From Bdellovibrionota bacterium (GTDB taxonomy: Bacteria; Bdellovibrionota_G; JALEGL01; DATDPG01): DNA of 64,000 nt. Where the stretch lies: contig OY764265.1 in NCBI GenBank assembly GCA_963668355.1, positions 1,824,001 to 1,888,000 of the forward strand, written 5' to 3'. Below are positions 1 through 9,235 of this stretch, piece after piece. Every line of letters begins with the position of its first letter. Positions within the stretch are counted from its first letter, which is position 1. The position numbers were made by a program, and so were the translations under genes. The notes below the pieces were generated by a model. The model was not told where the DNA came from, searched no databases, and worked only from the letters and a program-made list of their open reading frames with translations.

Positions 1-509
1 ATTCAGAATTCCAAGAAAGAAGGGCCTTGCAAAATTTCGTAAAGCGCTTGGAGGTGGCTGAAGGTGTTGAGGCGGTTGATGATGGAGGAGACTGGACCGA
101 TCGGTGGATTACGCTCCTTAGTTTGATGGATTGGGCCATGTGGACCTTGGGAGGTTTGCTTGGCCTCGGGATGCTTTTTGTTGTGGCCAATACGATTAAA
201 CTCATTGTCTATGCCCGAAGAGATGAGATTGAAATTCTGAGTCTTGTGGGGGCCACCAACAACTATATTCGCCTTCCTTTTTTAATGGAGGGCTGTTTGC
301 AAGGAGTCGTGGGTGCTTTGGCGGCTCTGGGGGTTTTACGTCTTTTGTTTTTGTATTCTGAACGTCACATGACCGTAGAATGGGGGTCGGTGTGGTCAAC
401 CTCCATCGTCTTTCTTCCCTCCTCGATTCAATGGGGCCTGATTTTAATGGGAGGCCTTTTGGGGATTCTCGGAAGTCTTTTTGCTGTTGGGAGATTCTTG
501 AAGTTATGA
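1..509 (+). CDS. ftsX: Cell division permease FtsX (5'-truncated by window)
   Basis: C-terminal FtsX motif NTIKLIVYARRDEIEILSLVGATNNYIRLPFLMEG, TM helices, upstream of envC. Confidence 0.92.
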   Translation, partial: SEFQERRALQNFVKRLEVAEGVEAVDDGGDWTDRWITLLSLMDWAMWTLGGLLGLGMLFVVANTIKLIVYARRDEIEILSLVGATNNYIRLPFLMEGCLQGVVGALAALGVLRLLFLYSERHMTVEWGSVWSTSIVFLPSSIQWGLILMGGLLGILGSLFAVGRFLKL

Positions 510-1642
510 GGCTGAAGGTTCTGCTTGGCCTTTTTCTCGTATGTTCGATTTCGTCCGCATGGGCTGATGTAGAGACGAAGGAGGACAATCTCAAGGCCTA
601 TGAGCAACAAATCAAAACGCAGAAAGAAAAGCTCAAGAAATTAGGAGGAAGGGAGGGATCTCTTCTAAGGGAAGTAAATCGTTTGTCCAGTCAGGTAAAT
701 AAGCTGGAAAGAAAAATTGATGGACTGGATCGCGAAAAGAAGAATCTTGAAGAACGCATTGATAAGACCAATGGGGAGATCTCTCGTCTGTCTAAAGATG
801 TTCGGTCCCGAGATGCACGCGTCAAAAAAAGACTACGCGAGCTGTATATGCACGGGAAACCCAATTACATGAAGGTTTTGTTGGCCGCCGAATCTCCTCT
901 CGATTTTCGAAAGCGCCGCTTTTTGGTGACGCGTTGGGTGAATCATGACCGCCAGTTGATTGGAGAGTATCAGACAAAGGTGGTGGAACTCTCGGAACAA
1001 AAATCTCTTTTGGAGGCCGATCGCCAACAACATAAAGTCATCCTCAAGAAACTGTCTGGACAGAAACGGGCGCTGTCACGAGACAAGACCGAACAATCTC
1101 AACTCTTGGCCTTGGTTCGAAATCAACAGTCTTTTTACGAAAAAAGCATTCGGGAATTGGAACAGGCGGCAAAAGATTTGCAGAAATTAATTGAAACCCT
1201 AAGAAAGCAAGAGAGTGAAGGCACCTCTCTCTTTGCTTCTTTAAAGGGCAAACTTCCCATGCCGGTTTATGGAAAGCTGGAGAAGAAATATGGTTCGTAT
1301 TTTGATTCAAGACTGCGGACCAAGCTCTATCACAAAGGTGTCGATCTTCGGGTGAAGAAGGGAACCCCCATCAAAGCGGTTTTTGATGGTCGTGTGATTT
1401 ATGCCGGCTGGTTTGTCGGCTACGGGCAAGTGATTATTTTAAACCATGGAGGAGGTTATTTTACACTCTATGCTCACGCCTCCGAGTTGTTTAAAGAAGT
1501 GAATGATACAGTGGTTGCGGGCGAAACCATCGCCAAAGTGGGAGATACAGGCTCTTTGAAAGGGGCCTATCTGTACTTTGAATTGAGGCATAAGGGATTG
1601 ACGCAGAATCCGTGGCCGTGGTTTGCCAAGCGCGGCTCATAA
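506..1642 (+). CDS. envC: Murein hydrolase activator EnvC-like (coiled coil + M23 domain)
   Basis: Signal peptide from ATG 506, long coiled coil, M23 motifs HKGVD and YFTLYAH, degenerate YLYFELR; follows ftsX. Confidence 0.85.
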   Translation: MRLKVLLGLFLVCSISSAWADVETKEDNLKAYEQQIKTQKEKLKKLGGREGSLLREVNRLSSQVNKLERKIDGLDREKKNLEERIDKTNGEISRLSKDVRSRDARVKKRLRELYMHGKPNYMKVLLAAESPLDFRKRRFLVTRWVNHDRQLIGEYQTKVVELSEQKSLLEADRQQHKVILKKLSGQKRALSRDKTEQSQLLALVRNQQSFYEKSIRELEQAAKDLQKLIETLRKQESEGTSLFASLKGKLPMPVYGKLEKKYGSYFDSRLRTKLYHKGVDLRVKKGTPIKAVFDGRVIYAGWFVGYGQVIILNHGGGYFTLYAHASELFKEVNDTVVAGETIAKVGDTGSLKGAYLYFELRHKGLTQNPWPWFAKRGS

Positions 1643-1755
1643 ATGGGAGAACAGAATTTTTTCGAAGGAGACGTTTCGCAGCGTTTGAGGTTTGCTGTGA
1701 ACTGAACTAGGTTGGAAAAATCAAAGGCCGACACGGAAAGATGAGGAAGATCGAG

Positions 1756-3033
1756 ATGATAAAGAAATTTGTGACAATGGTTTTTTTGATCGGTTTTGTT
1801 TTTAGCACAACCGCTCAAGCGAAAGAGTCAAAAGTTTTTGAGAAACTTGAGTCACTCTCAAAAGTATTGAGTTACATCGAAACGAATTACATCGAGCCCG
1901 TAGAAGGCGATAAACTGTTGGACTCGGCCATCAAAGGCATGTTGGCTGATTTGGATCCTCACACCGTATATATGCCCCCCGAAGTGTTTCGGGAAATGAA
2001 GGTAGACACCAAAGGCGAGTTCGGAGGGCTTGGAATCGAAATCGTATTAAAGGACGATGTCTTGACCGTCATTACCCCCATCGAAGATACGCCTGCCGAA
2101 AAGGCCGGAATCAAAGCCGGAGACCGCATATTGAAGATTGATGGAACTGTGACCAAGGGGATGACACTGCTGGATGCGGTTAAGAAGATGAGAGGCCCAC
2201 GGGGCGGGAAAGTAATTCTTACGATCGGTCGAGATGGGGAAAAGAATCCATTCGACATCGCGGTTCGGCGGGACACGATTCGAATTCGAAGTGTGGATTC
2301 CGAATTGGTCGATGATTTTTACGGCTATGTTCGCATCAAGAGTTTTCAGGAAAAAACCGGCCGAGATCTCAAACGTCATGTCAAACGATTGAATCAGAAG
2401 TCTGGAGGAAAACTCAAAGGCATTCTTTTGGACTTACGGAACAATCCAGGTGGGTTGTTGGATCAAGCCGTTCGCACAGCGGATTTGTTTTTGGATGAAG
2501 GCGTAATTGTTTCCACCATGGGACGTAAAGGTTCTTTCCAAGAAGTGGAGATGGCTCATAAGGAAGGGACGCAGCCGGACCTGCCCATGATCACCTTGGT
2601 GAATGAAGGTTCAGCCTCGGCATCCGAGGTGGTGGCCGGAGCTTTGCAAGACCATAACCGTTCCATCATTTTGGGAGCGGAAACCTTTGGAAAAGGGTCG
2701 GTTCAATCCATCATTGACCTGGAAGATGGTTCCGGATTGAAGCTCACCATCGCTCACTATTACACTCCAAAGGGACGATCGATTCAGGCCTTGGGAATTA
2801 AACCGGATATTTATGTTTCTTCTGTGCCTCCCAAGAAAACAGAGGTTCATTACCTTCGGGAGCAGGACTTGGAGGGACACTTTGAAACGCCAAAAGGGAC
2901 GAAAACAGAGCCGAAAAAGAATAAGCTCTTCAAAGGCCGCATTGTGGACCTAAAGGAGGACATCCAGCTTCGCCGAGCCTTGGAATATTTGAAAACTTGG
3001 GAAGTTTTTCGTGATCGAGTCGCGAAGTCATAA
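1756..3033 (+). CDS. ctpA: C-terminal processing protease, S41 family
   Basis: PDZ GGLGIEI, LDLRNNPGG, SASASEVVAGALQD, TFGKGSVQ. Confidence 0.92.
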   Translation: MIKKFVTMVFLIGFVFSTTAQAKESKVFEKLESLSKVLSYIETNYIEPVEGDKLLDSAIKGMLADLDPHTVYMPPEVFREMKVDTKGEFGGLGIEIVLKDDVLTVITPIEDTPAEKAGIKAGDRILKIDGTVTKGMTLLDAVKKMRGPRGGKVILTIGRDGEKNPFDIAVRRDTIRIRSVDSELVDDFYGYVRIKSFQEKTGRDLKRHVKRLNQKSGGKLKGILLDLRNNPGGLLDQAVRTADLFLDEGVIVSTMGRKGSFQEVEMAHKEGTQPDLPMITLVNEGSASASEVVAGALQDHNRSIILGAETFGKGSVQSIIDLEDGSGLKLTIAHYYTPKGRSIQALGIKPDIYVSSVPPKKTEVHYLREQDLEGHFETPKGTKTEPKKNKLFKGRIVDLKEDIQLRRALEYLKTWEVFRDRVAKS

Positions 3034-3177
3034 AACCCCATAGAGTCAAACGGGTGCCGTTGAAAAGACGGTGAAACTGGATTCTTTGTTTCCATAAGGA
3101 AACCATTTGAATTAATGAAAAAAAACGGTTTGCCTTTCTGTGTCATTTTTGATCCAATACGAGCTTAGGGAGTCGAA

Positions 3178-3537
3178 ATGATTCGGGAAAAAAGGCAGCA
3201 TTATCGCTTTTCAAGCCGCATAGGGTTTGTATCTTCAGATGAAACAGGGTTGAACTTCAGTTTCATCACGGATCTTTCTCGAAGTGGGGCATTCATCGAA
3301 ACGGAAAAAATCCAAAAAATAGGATCTCCTTTTCGCTTTGTACTATCGAACGGTTTGGTTTCTTCACCCATTTCCGCGAAGGTTACCCGTGTTCGGGATG
3401 CATTTTTTCACGGCGGAAAATCGGGGATGGGCGTTCGATTTGAGCGCCTCGATCGTCAATCCAAAATGCTCCGAGACGATCTCCTCCTCTTTCTGATGAA
3501 TGAAAAACATCAGACCAAGTGGGCGAATCCGAATTGA
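3178..3537 (+). CDS. PilZ domain protein
   Basis: RxxxR (RQHYR) and DxSxxG (DLSRSG) motifs, GMGVRF. Confidence 0.8.
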   Translation: MIREKRQHYRFSSRIGFVSSDETGLNFSFITDLSRSGAFIETEKIQKIGSPFRFVLSNGLVSSPISAKVTRVRDAFFHGGKSGMGVRFERLDRQSKMLRDDLLLFLMNEKHQTKWANPN

Positions 3538-3662
3538 CGGTTTAGCCGGGTTCAATCTTAGGCCTGCGACAAATCTTCCACATTAAAGCCTTGCTTCAAC
3601 TGCGACTAATCTCTACACTGGGGAAGTTCAAGCCGCAATAACTCGAGAAATAGGACAGGGCA

Positions 3663-5027
3663 ATGCCAAGATCAGAAACCAAAGTCATCCGTTCTGGGGA
3701 ACAACCGACCACTTTGCTCCTCCCCAAAAGCAAAATTGTCATCCAAGGGGCAGAGGGTGGAGCCAGGGACTTCCTGATTGATAAAGGAACCATCACCATT
3801 GGCTCGGCCGAGGGGTCGGACCTTAGGATCGAAGACGAAACGGTTTCCAGAAATCATGCCGAAATCATCAAAACCAAAGACGGATATTTGATTCGCGATC
3901 TTCATTCCACGAATGGAACGTTTGTAGGCGGCTTAAAGGTTAAAGAGGCGTTTCTGGCTGCGGGATCCATCATCAAAGTTGGCAAATCTCGGATCAAGTT
4001 CACCCCCCAAGATGAGCAATTGGAAATTTATCCTTCCAAGAAGACGAAATACGGAGAAATCGTTGGAAGAAGTTTGGAGATGCGACGAATTTTCGGAGTT
4101 CTGGAAAAAGTGGCTCCCACAAATGTGAGTGTGGTCGTGGTCGGTGAGACCGGAACCGGAAAGGAGCTCATCGCAAAAGCCATTCACCAAAACTCTCGGC
4201 GTGCGCGTTCTCCTTTCATTGTGTTTGATTGTGGGGCTGTGGCCGAAAACTTGATTGAGTCGGAACTCTTCGGTCATGAAAGAGGCTCGTTCACGGGAGC
4301 GACGACGACACGTCAAGGAGCCTTTGAGTTGGCTGATGGAGGCACCATCTTTTTGGATGAAATTGGGGAATTGTCCATGGAGCTTCAGCCGAAACTCCTT
4401 CGTGCCCTAGAATCGGGAGAGGTTAAGCGGGTTGGGGCCGATCGTCCACGCAAAGTGGATGTGCGTGTTGTGGCGGCCACCAATCGAAAACTCAAAGAGG
4501 AAGTGAAGAAGGGCAATTTTCGAGAGGATCTTTTCTTTCGAATTTCCGTTGTCCAGTTGTCGTTGCCGCCCCTTCGCAAACGTGGCGAAGATATTCCTCA
4601 TCTCGTGAAACACTTTTTTGATTTGGCTCAGAAGGAGAGTGGGGGAGCAAGGCAAATTGACGGCATCACCGAGGATGCCATGCAGCTTTTGCAAGATTAT
4701 CAGTGGCCCGGAAACATTCGAGAGCTGCGAAACGCCATCGATCGTGCTTTTAGTTTGTGTGACGGGGACATGATCGATGTGTCGCATTTACCTGACTATA
4801 TTCAAGAACGATCCATTGTGACGAAATCTCACACAGCCATGGACGGAGCCCTTCCCTTTAAGGAGGCAAAGGACAAGTGGATTGAGTCGTTTGAAAAAGA
4901 CTATTTGGTCGAAATTCTACGTCGGAACAATTTAAATATCTCCCGCGCCGCCAAACAAGCCGGGATTGATCGCAAGTCCGTTCAGCGATTGCTTAAGAAA
5001 TATAATTTAAACGTTAAAGATCTCTAA
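3663..5027 (+). CDS. FHA-domain sigma54 enhancer-binding protein
   Basis: FHA (VSRNH, STNGT), [39 protein letters not shown]-terminal HTH. Confidence 0.92.
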   Translation: MPRSETKVIRSGEQPTTLLLPKSKIVIQGAEGGARDFLIDKGTITIGSAEGSDLRIEDETVSRNHAEIIKTKDGYLIRDLHSTNGTFVGGLKVKEAFLAAGSIIKVGKSRIKFTPQDEQLEIYPSKKTKYGEIVGRSLEMRRIFGVLEKVAPTNVSVVVVGETGTGKELIAKAIHQNSRRARSPFIVFDCGAVAENLIESELFGHERGSFTGATTTRQGAFELADGGTIFLDEIGELSMELQPKLLRALESGEVKRVGADRPRKVDVRVVAATNRKLKEEVKKGNFREDLFFRISVVQLSLPPLRKRGEDIPHLVKHFFDLAQKESGGARQIDGITEDAMQLLQDYQWPGNIRELRNAIDRAFSLCDGDMIDVSHLPDYIQERSIVTKSHTAMDGALPFKEAKDKWIESFEKDYLVEILRRNNLNISRAAKQAGIDRKSVQRLLKKYNLNVKDL

Positions 5028-6192
5028 AGTCCGGCTTCCTCGTCTTCAGTGGTTTTGCTTGAGCGCTGCTGGCAACGCTCGTGAGGACGTATTCTCGAGG
5101 TGAAGTTTCCGAAGAAAACGCCACACCACCGACCTGTTTTCCAAGGGCTGCACGAACCTTGTTTTGCCAATCGAATCCCGCAAAAGCTGTAGACTGATCA
5201 CTGGAAGCCGCAACGCTATCGTTACTATAGGTTTTCGTGGCCACCGTAGGATCCTCCAACTCTTCCATTCGGAAAGACGCTGTTCCTAAAGCGCTTAGGG
5301 TTTGGAAAGCCAGTCTTGTTGTCGCATAGGCCGTACCATTGACTTTGGAGTCATTGACATCCGGGGCAATGGCAAATCCCGCATTTCTCGGGTCCATGCT
5401 GGAAACATAGAAAAGACCATTGTCCTTTTCCACAGCGACCCAGATTCCGGGTGTTTTTTCACAGAACTCGGTGTCGAACTCAGACTTGGAAATGGCGTTG
5501 TCAAAGGTTTCCAAAGAAGTTTTTGGAGTGAACTGCATTTGAAGTTTGACTTCGTTTTCAGCCTCGCCATCAAAGCTTAAAGCGAATTTGGAGTGGATGC
5601 ACATGGTCAAATATCGACCCAGAGATTTGACGTTCCCATTCACTGTGAGACCGATCGTATCACTGGTTTTAAGGGTGGATCGAAGCGTCATGTAGTCGGT
5701 GTTGTCTTTGATGAAAAACTTCATGGAGGACTTGGCTCGTTCCAGTTCATGTACGTTAAATTCAAGCCATTCATCGTGTCGATCGGAATGAATGAACCAC
5801 GCATCGAAATCCCAGCAACTATTTCCAAAGGCACAGTTTAGACCCACCCAAGAACCCGCAGCGGCAGTGGAAATCATTAAGAATTTTTCGAAGTCGGAAA
5901 CCCCATCCCACCAATCTGGATCCTTGTCGTCTTTGACCCCATTGTCATTGCAGTCAGCATTCCCGATGCAATCATCTTCGTCGTCGCAGATATTGTCTTC
6001 GTCAGCGTCTCCTCCGCGGCTTGCGCATGAGTTTTCGGTAATGAAGTTTGCGATTTCATCATCCGCACCTTCTCCCTCATATCCTCCGGAAGAGGAAATG
6101 GGAGTGGGATCTGCGGTTTGGGCACACGATGCGACAAGCATCAATATGGGTAGCAAACTGGCCCAGACTTTAAAAATTTTCTTACCGAACAT
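5014..6192 (-). CDS. Hypothetical lipoprotein with Asp/Cys-rich (TSP3-like) repeats
   Basis: RBS AAGGAG before ATG 6192, lipobox LVASC, repeats DADEDNICDDEDDC and DCNDNGVKDDKD. Confidence 0.7.
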   Translation of the reverse strand: MFGKKIFKVWASLLPILMLVASCAQTADPTPISSSGGYEGEGADDEIANFITENSCASRGGDADEDNICDDEDDCIGNADCNDNGVKDDKDPDWWDGVSDFEKFLMISTAAAGSWVGLNCAFGNSCWDFDAWFIHSDRHDEWLEFNVHELERAKSSMKFFIKDNTDYMTLRSTLKTSDTIGLTVNGNVKSLGRYLTMCIHSKFALSFDGEAENEVKLQMQFTPKTSLETFDNAISKSEFDTEFCEKTPGIWVAVEKDNGLFYVSSMDPRNAGFAIAPDVNDSKVNGTAYATTRLAFQTLSALGTASFRMEELEDPTVATKTYSNDSVAASSDQSTAFAGFDWQNKVRAALGKQVGGVAFSSETSPREYVLTSVASSAQAKPLKTRKPDFRDL

Positions 6193-6235
6193 CGTGGTCT
6201 CCTTGTGTCTTTTCTGGCTCACACCACCATACTAT

Positions 6236-6252
6236 CGCTACATTCATGCCAA
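6236..6252 (-). promoter_or_regulatory. sigma54 -24/-12 promoter candidate
   Basis: TTGGCATGAATGTAGCG on minus strand, exact GG-N10-GC, AT-rich upstream tract. Confidence 0.6.
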
Positions 6253-6348
6253 CACAGGCAATACTAACCACCTAATTTTATTGTTTTTTTAAATTTTGCA
6301 AACCCCCAAATCGCGCTACTTTTCAGCACCTGTGACCCATTTCTCCCC

Positions 6349-6387
6349 TTCCCCAAAATGAACTGTTCATTTTGGGGAGTTATCCAC
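6349..6387. repeat. 39-bp direct repeat copy 1 with 14-bp perfect palindrome (REP-like)
   Basis: TTCCCCAAAATGAACTGTTCATTTTGGGGAGTTATCCAC, identical to 7060-7098. Confidence 0.9.
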
Positions 6388-7023
6388 AAGGGAGCGAATT
6401 GTAGCTTTGAACTCGTTTTTTCGGGGGTATTTGAATCTTCTTCTTTTCAGGGCTCTTCGTAGAATTTCGTCTTCTATTGGCCCGGAGTTTTCGTTAAGCC
6501 ACGCGATTCTTTCAGGGAAATCCGGAATTTGCCCATGGTCTGCAGCTTTTTCATCGGCGAGAGGGAAGGGGAGGGAAATCCCATTGTAAAGGTAGAACAG
6601 TGTCGAATAGCGGTAATCTTCGACCGAGTCGGTGAGTCCAGCTCTTAGAGGATTTTGGTAGAGATACCGGTAGGCGTTGTAGAGATAGTTCGGTTTTTCG
6701 ATCAAACACCACCTATACCTACTGCCAAAAACATGATTGATTCGGCGTGCCCCTTGATTGACGCTAAAGCTAAACTGTTTCAATAGCTCTCTCATAATTT
6801 CGTCGATATTTTCAAAGGGCGTCCACAAGATCATGTGAATGTGATTTGACATGAGAACGAAGGATACGATTTCCGGACGGTAAGTTTCAAAAACGGTCTT
6901 GACCCTGGCCAGGAGGATTCTCCAACAACTCTTGTGAGAAAGCTTGAAATACTCTTGGTTATTGGTTCTCACGGTCACGTGGTAGGGAAATTCAGATGTT
7001 CGAATCAAATGTTCGTAAGCCAT
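6367..7023 (-). mobile_element. REP-associated tyrosine transposase (RAYT, IS200/IS605 Y1 HUH superfamily)
   Basis: YHVTVRTNN, HUH motif LMSNHIH, YLYQNPLRAGL, YRYST; flanked by palindromic repeats. Confidence 0.85.
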
Positions 7024-7036
7024 GCCCTGGCTAGAT

Positions 7037-7053
7037 GGCAGGAATTGTGCCAA
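7037..7053 (-). promoter_or_regulatory. sigma54 -24/-12 promoter candidate for the RAYT gene
   Basis: TTGGCACAATTCCTGCC on minus strand, exact GG-N10-GC, about 15 nt before ATG 7023. Confidence 0.6.
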
Positions 7054-7059
7054 CACCTT

Positions 7060-7098
7060 TTCCCCAAAATGAACTGTTCATTTTGGGGAGTTATCCAC
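7060..7098. repeat. 39-bp direct repeat copy 2 with 14-bp perfect palindrome (REP-like)
   Basis: Identical to 6349-6387; overlaps the tlyA stop codon. Confidence 0.9.
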
Positions 7099-7831
7099 GG
7101 TTTTTTGCTTTGAGGAAGGCTTCTAAGTTTCCTTTGGGGCCGCGAATGATGCAGTCGACGATGTCTACGTCGTCTAAGCGTAGGTCAATGATGGCGTGAT
7201 TTCTCATCGAATGGAGAATCTCCTCTCGTTTTGTTTCGTCTTTCAGAACCCCTTTGATGAGATCTTTTCTCGTGGCTTCAAATTGGGGTTTGATGAGAGC
7301 CAGCAAGATGCCATTGGGTTTCAGGCAAGGAAGGACGTACGGCAAAACTTTTCGAAGAGAAATGAACGAGACATCGATGACGATGAGGTCAACGAACTTC
7401 TTGAGAAAGTCAGGAGTCAGGTCTTTTACGTGAAAGGATTCGTACCATGTGACCTTGTCGTGATGACGAATTTTTGGATCCAATTGTCCCTTTCCTACGT
7501 CAATGCACGTGACATGCTTGGCCCCTTGTTGAAGAAGGCAATCGGTAAAACCTCCTGTGGAAGCTCCGATGTCCAGACAATTGAGATCTTTGGGAACGAT
7601 TGAAAAGCTCTCAAGGGCTCCGGCTAATTTTTGTCCTCCACGACTGACATAACGCGGTCCTTCATTTTTTAGACGAATGACGGCTTCGGTTGAATAGGAA
7701 TGGCCGGCCTTGTGAGCGGGTTGATCTCCCACGAGAACTTCCCCGGCCAGAATCAAAGCCTGCGCCTTAGCTCTGGTTTCAGCCAGGCCTCGGTCCACAA
7801 GGATTTGATCTAGTCGCTTCTTTTTAGACAT
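7091..7831 (-). CDS. tlyA: TlyA family rRNA 2'-O-methyltransferase
   Basis: S4 domain KKRLDQILV, YVSRGGQKL, DIGASTGGFTDCLLQ, DVSFISL, LIKPQFE, GPKGNLE. Confidence 0.95.
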   Translation of the reverse strand: MSKKKRLDQILVDRGLAETRAKAQALILAGEVLVGDQPAHKAGHSYSTEAVIRLKNEGPRYVSRGGQKLAGALESFSIVPKDLNCLDIGASTGGFTDCLLQQGAKHVTCIDVGKGQLDPKIRHHDKVTWYESFHVKDLTPDFLKKFVDLIVIDVSFISLRKVLPYVLPCLKPNGILLALIKPQFEATRKDLIKGVLKDETKREEILHSMRNHAIIDLRLDDVDIVDCIIRGPKGNLEAFLKAKNRG

Positions 7832-7841
7832 TCATGGTCAA

Positions 7842-8723
7842 CTACGATTTTCGCTCAACGATAAAACGTGCGATGGCTTGAAGGGGTTCGCCTTGATCAC
7901 CAAAAATTTGAACGGCCGAAAGAGCTCGGTCCAAAAGTTCTTGAGCTTTGGCCTTGGCTTGTTCAATGCCCATTAAGGCCGGGTAAGTGGCTTTATTGTT
8001 TTTTTCGTCGCTTCCGGAGTCTTTTCCCAATTCTTCGGTGGTTGCCGTGCGATCCAAAATGTCATCGGCAATTTGAAAGGCCAAGCCAATGGCATGACCG
8101 TATTGATCCAACGCTTTTTCATGCTCGGGCCCACTTCCCGCTGATTTTCCACCGGCTAAAACCGAAGCTCTCAATAGCATTCCGGTCTTGTTTCGATGAA
8201 TGGTTTGCAAGGTTTCTTCGGTGAATTCTTTGCCTTCCGAGGCCAAGTCCAAAACTTGTCCCGCCACCATGCCTTGGCATCCAGCTCCTTCAGCCAGAAT
8301 CGAAACGATTTGAATCTTTTGTTCGGCTGAGATGTTCCAGTTCGGATCCGACAATCGTTGAAAGGCTTCCGTCAGTAGACCATCTCCAGCCAGAATGGCT
8401 AAGGCCTCTCCATACACTTTGTGGTTTGTTGGCTTGCCTCGACGAAGATCGTCATCATCCATGGCGGGTAAATCGTCATGGATTAAGGAATAAGTGTGGA
8501 CCATTTCCAAAGCGCAGGCGGCCGGAAGGGCGTTTTCCATCGTTCCTCCCAAGGCTTGGGCTGCCGCAAAGCAGAGAGCGGGACGGATGCGTTTGCCTCC
8601 GGCATCGAGGCTGTATTGCATGGAGTCAATGAGAACCTGAGCTTCAAAAGGGCGATCAAAATGGGAGGCCAGAGCTTTTTCAACCTGGGATCGGCTTCTC
8701 TCCAAAAAGGATTTGAGATTCAT
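7842..8723 (-). CDS. ispA: Farnesyl diphosphate synthase
   Basis: GGKRIRP, HTYSLIHDDLPAMDDDDLRRGKPT, FQIADDILD. Confidence 0.95.
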   Translation of the reverse strand: MNLKSFLERSRSQVEKALASHFDRPFEAQVLIDSMQYSLDAGGKRIRPALCFAAAQALGGTMENALPAACALEMVHTYSLIHDDLPAMDDDDLRRGKPTNHKVYGEALAILAGDGLLTEAFQRLSDPNWNISAEQKIQIVSILAEGAGCQGMVAGQVLDLASEGKEFTEETLQTIHRNKTGMLLRASVLAGGKSAGSGPEHEKALDQYGHAIGLAFQIADDILDRTATTEELGKDSGSDEKNNKATYPALMGIEQAKAKAQELLDRALSAVQIFGDQGEPLQAIARFIVERKS

Positions 8724-8944
8724 GGTTTGCTTTCCAGAGATTGTTCGGTTTCCGCAGCCAAGTCCTTCATCAGGTGTTCAACTTTCTGCTCGGCTTCCGA
8801 GAGTTTCTTGGAACACAATTTGGAGAGCTTGATGCCTTTTTCAAAAAGGCCAAGGGAATCCTCCAGAGGAAGGTCTTCTCTTTCCAGTTTGGACACGACT
8901 TCTTCCAGTTCGTTTAAAGCGGTTTCGAATTTTTTCTCGGCCAT
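8720..8944 (-). CDS. xseB: Exodeoxyribonuclease VII small subunit
   Basis: FETALNELEEVVSKLE..LPLEDSLGLFEKG; upstream of ispA. Confidence 0.93.
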   Translation of the reverse strand: MAEKKFETALNELEEVVSKLEREDLPLEDSLGLFEKGIKLSKLCSKKLSEAEQKVEHLMKDLAAETEQSLESKP

Positions 8945-8976
8945 GAAATACGTCTTAGTGAAGGTTGGAGATGGCG

Positions 8977-9192
8977 TCAACCCTCAATGAAAAGCTTAGC
9001 CATCCAAAAACTTAAGGCTCCTAGGGCCGAGCCAAATGCCATGAGAATAAATCCATGAGCCACATTTTTCTTTTTCTTGATTTCTGCCCATCCGTAGCCG
9101 ATCAAAACGGTACAAATGCCCAGGAAGAGAAGTTCCAAGACAATCGCAAAGATGATGCCTTTGATTCCCATCTCTGGATGAAGTGCATGCAT
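8977..9192 (-). CDS. Small membrane protein (2 TM)
   Basis: Two hydrophobic helices separated by KKKK; fills an intergenic gap. Confidence 0.55.
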   Translation of the reverse strand: MHALHPEMGIKGIIFAIVLELLFLGICTVLIGYGWAEIKKKKNVAHGFILMAFGSALGALSFWMAKLFIEG

Positions 9193-9235
9193 GGAAGCAC
9201 TTTAGAATGTTTTTTCCTCAAGAAAAAGGGGTTTC

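Noticed and set aside
6349..7098. CRISPR array from the 39-bp palindromic repeats
   Set aside because: Only two copies ~670 bp apart with a gene between them; no cas genes
6380..7099. DnaA boxes suggesting oriC
   Set aside because: Only two box-like motifs, both part of the transposase-flanking repeat; no dnaA/dnaN context or box cluster
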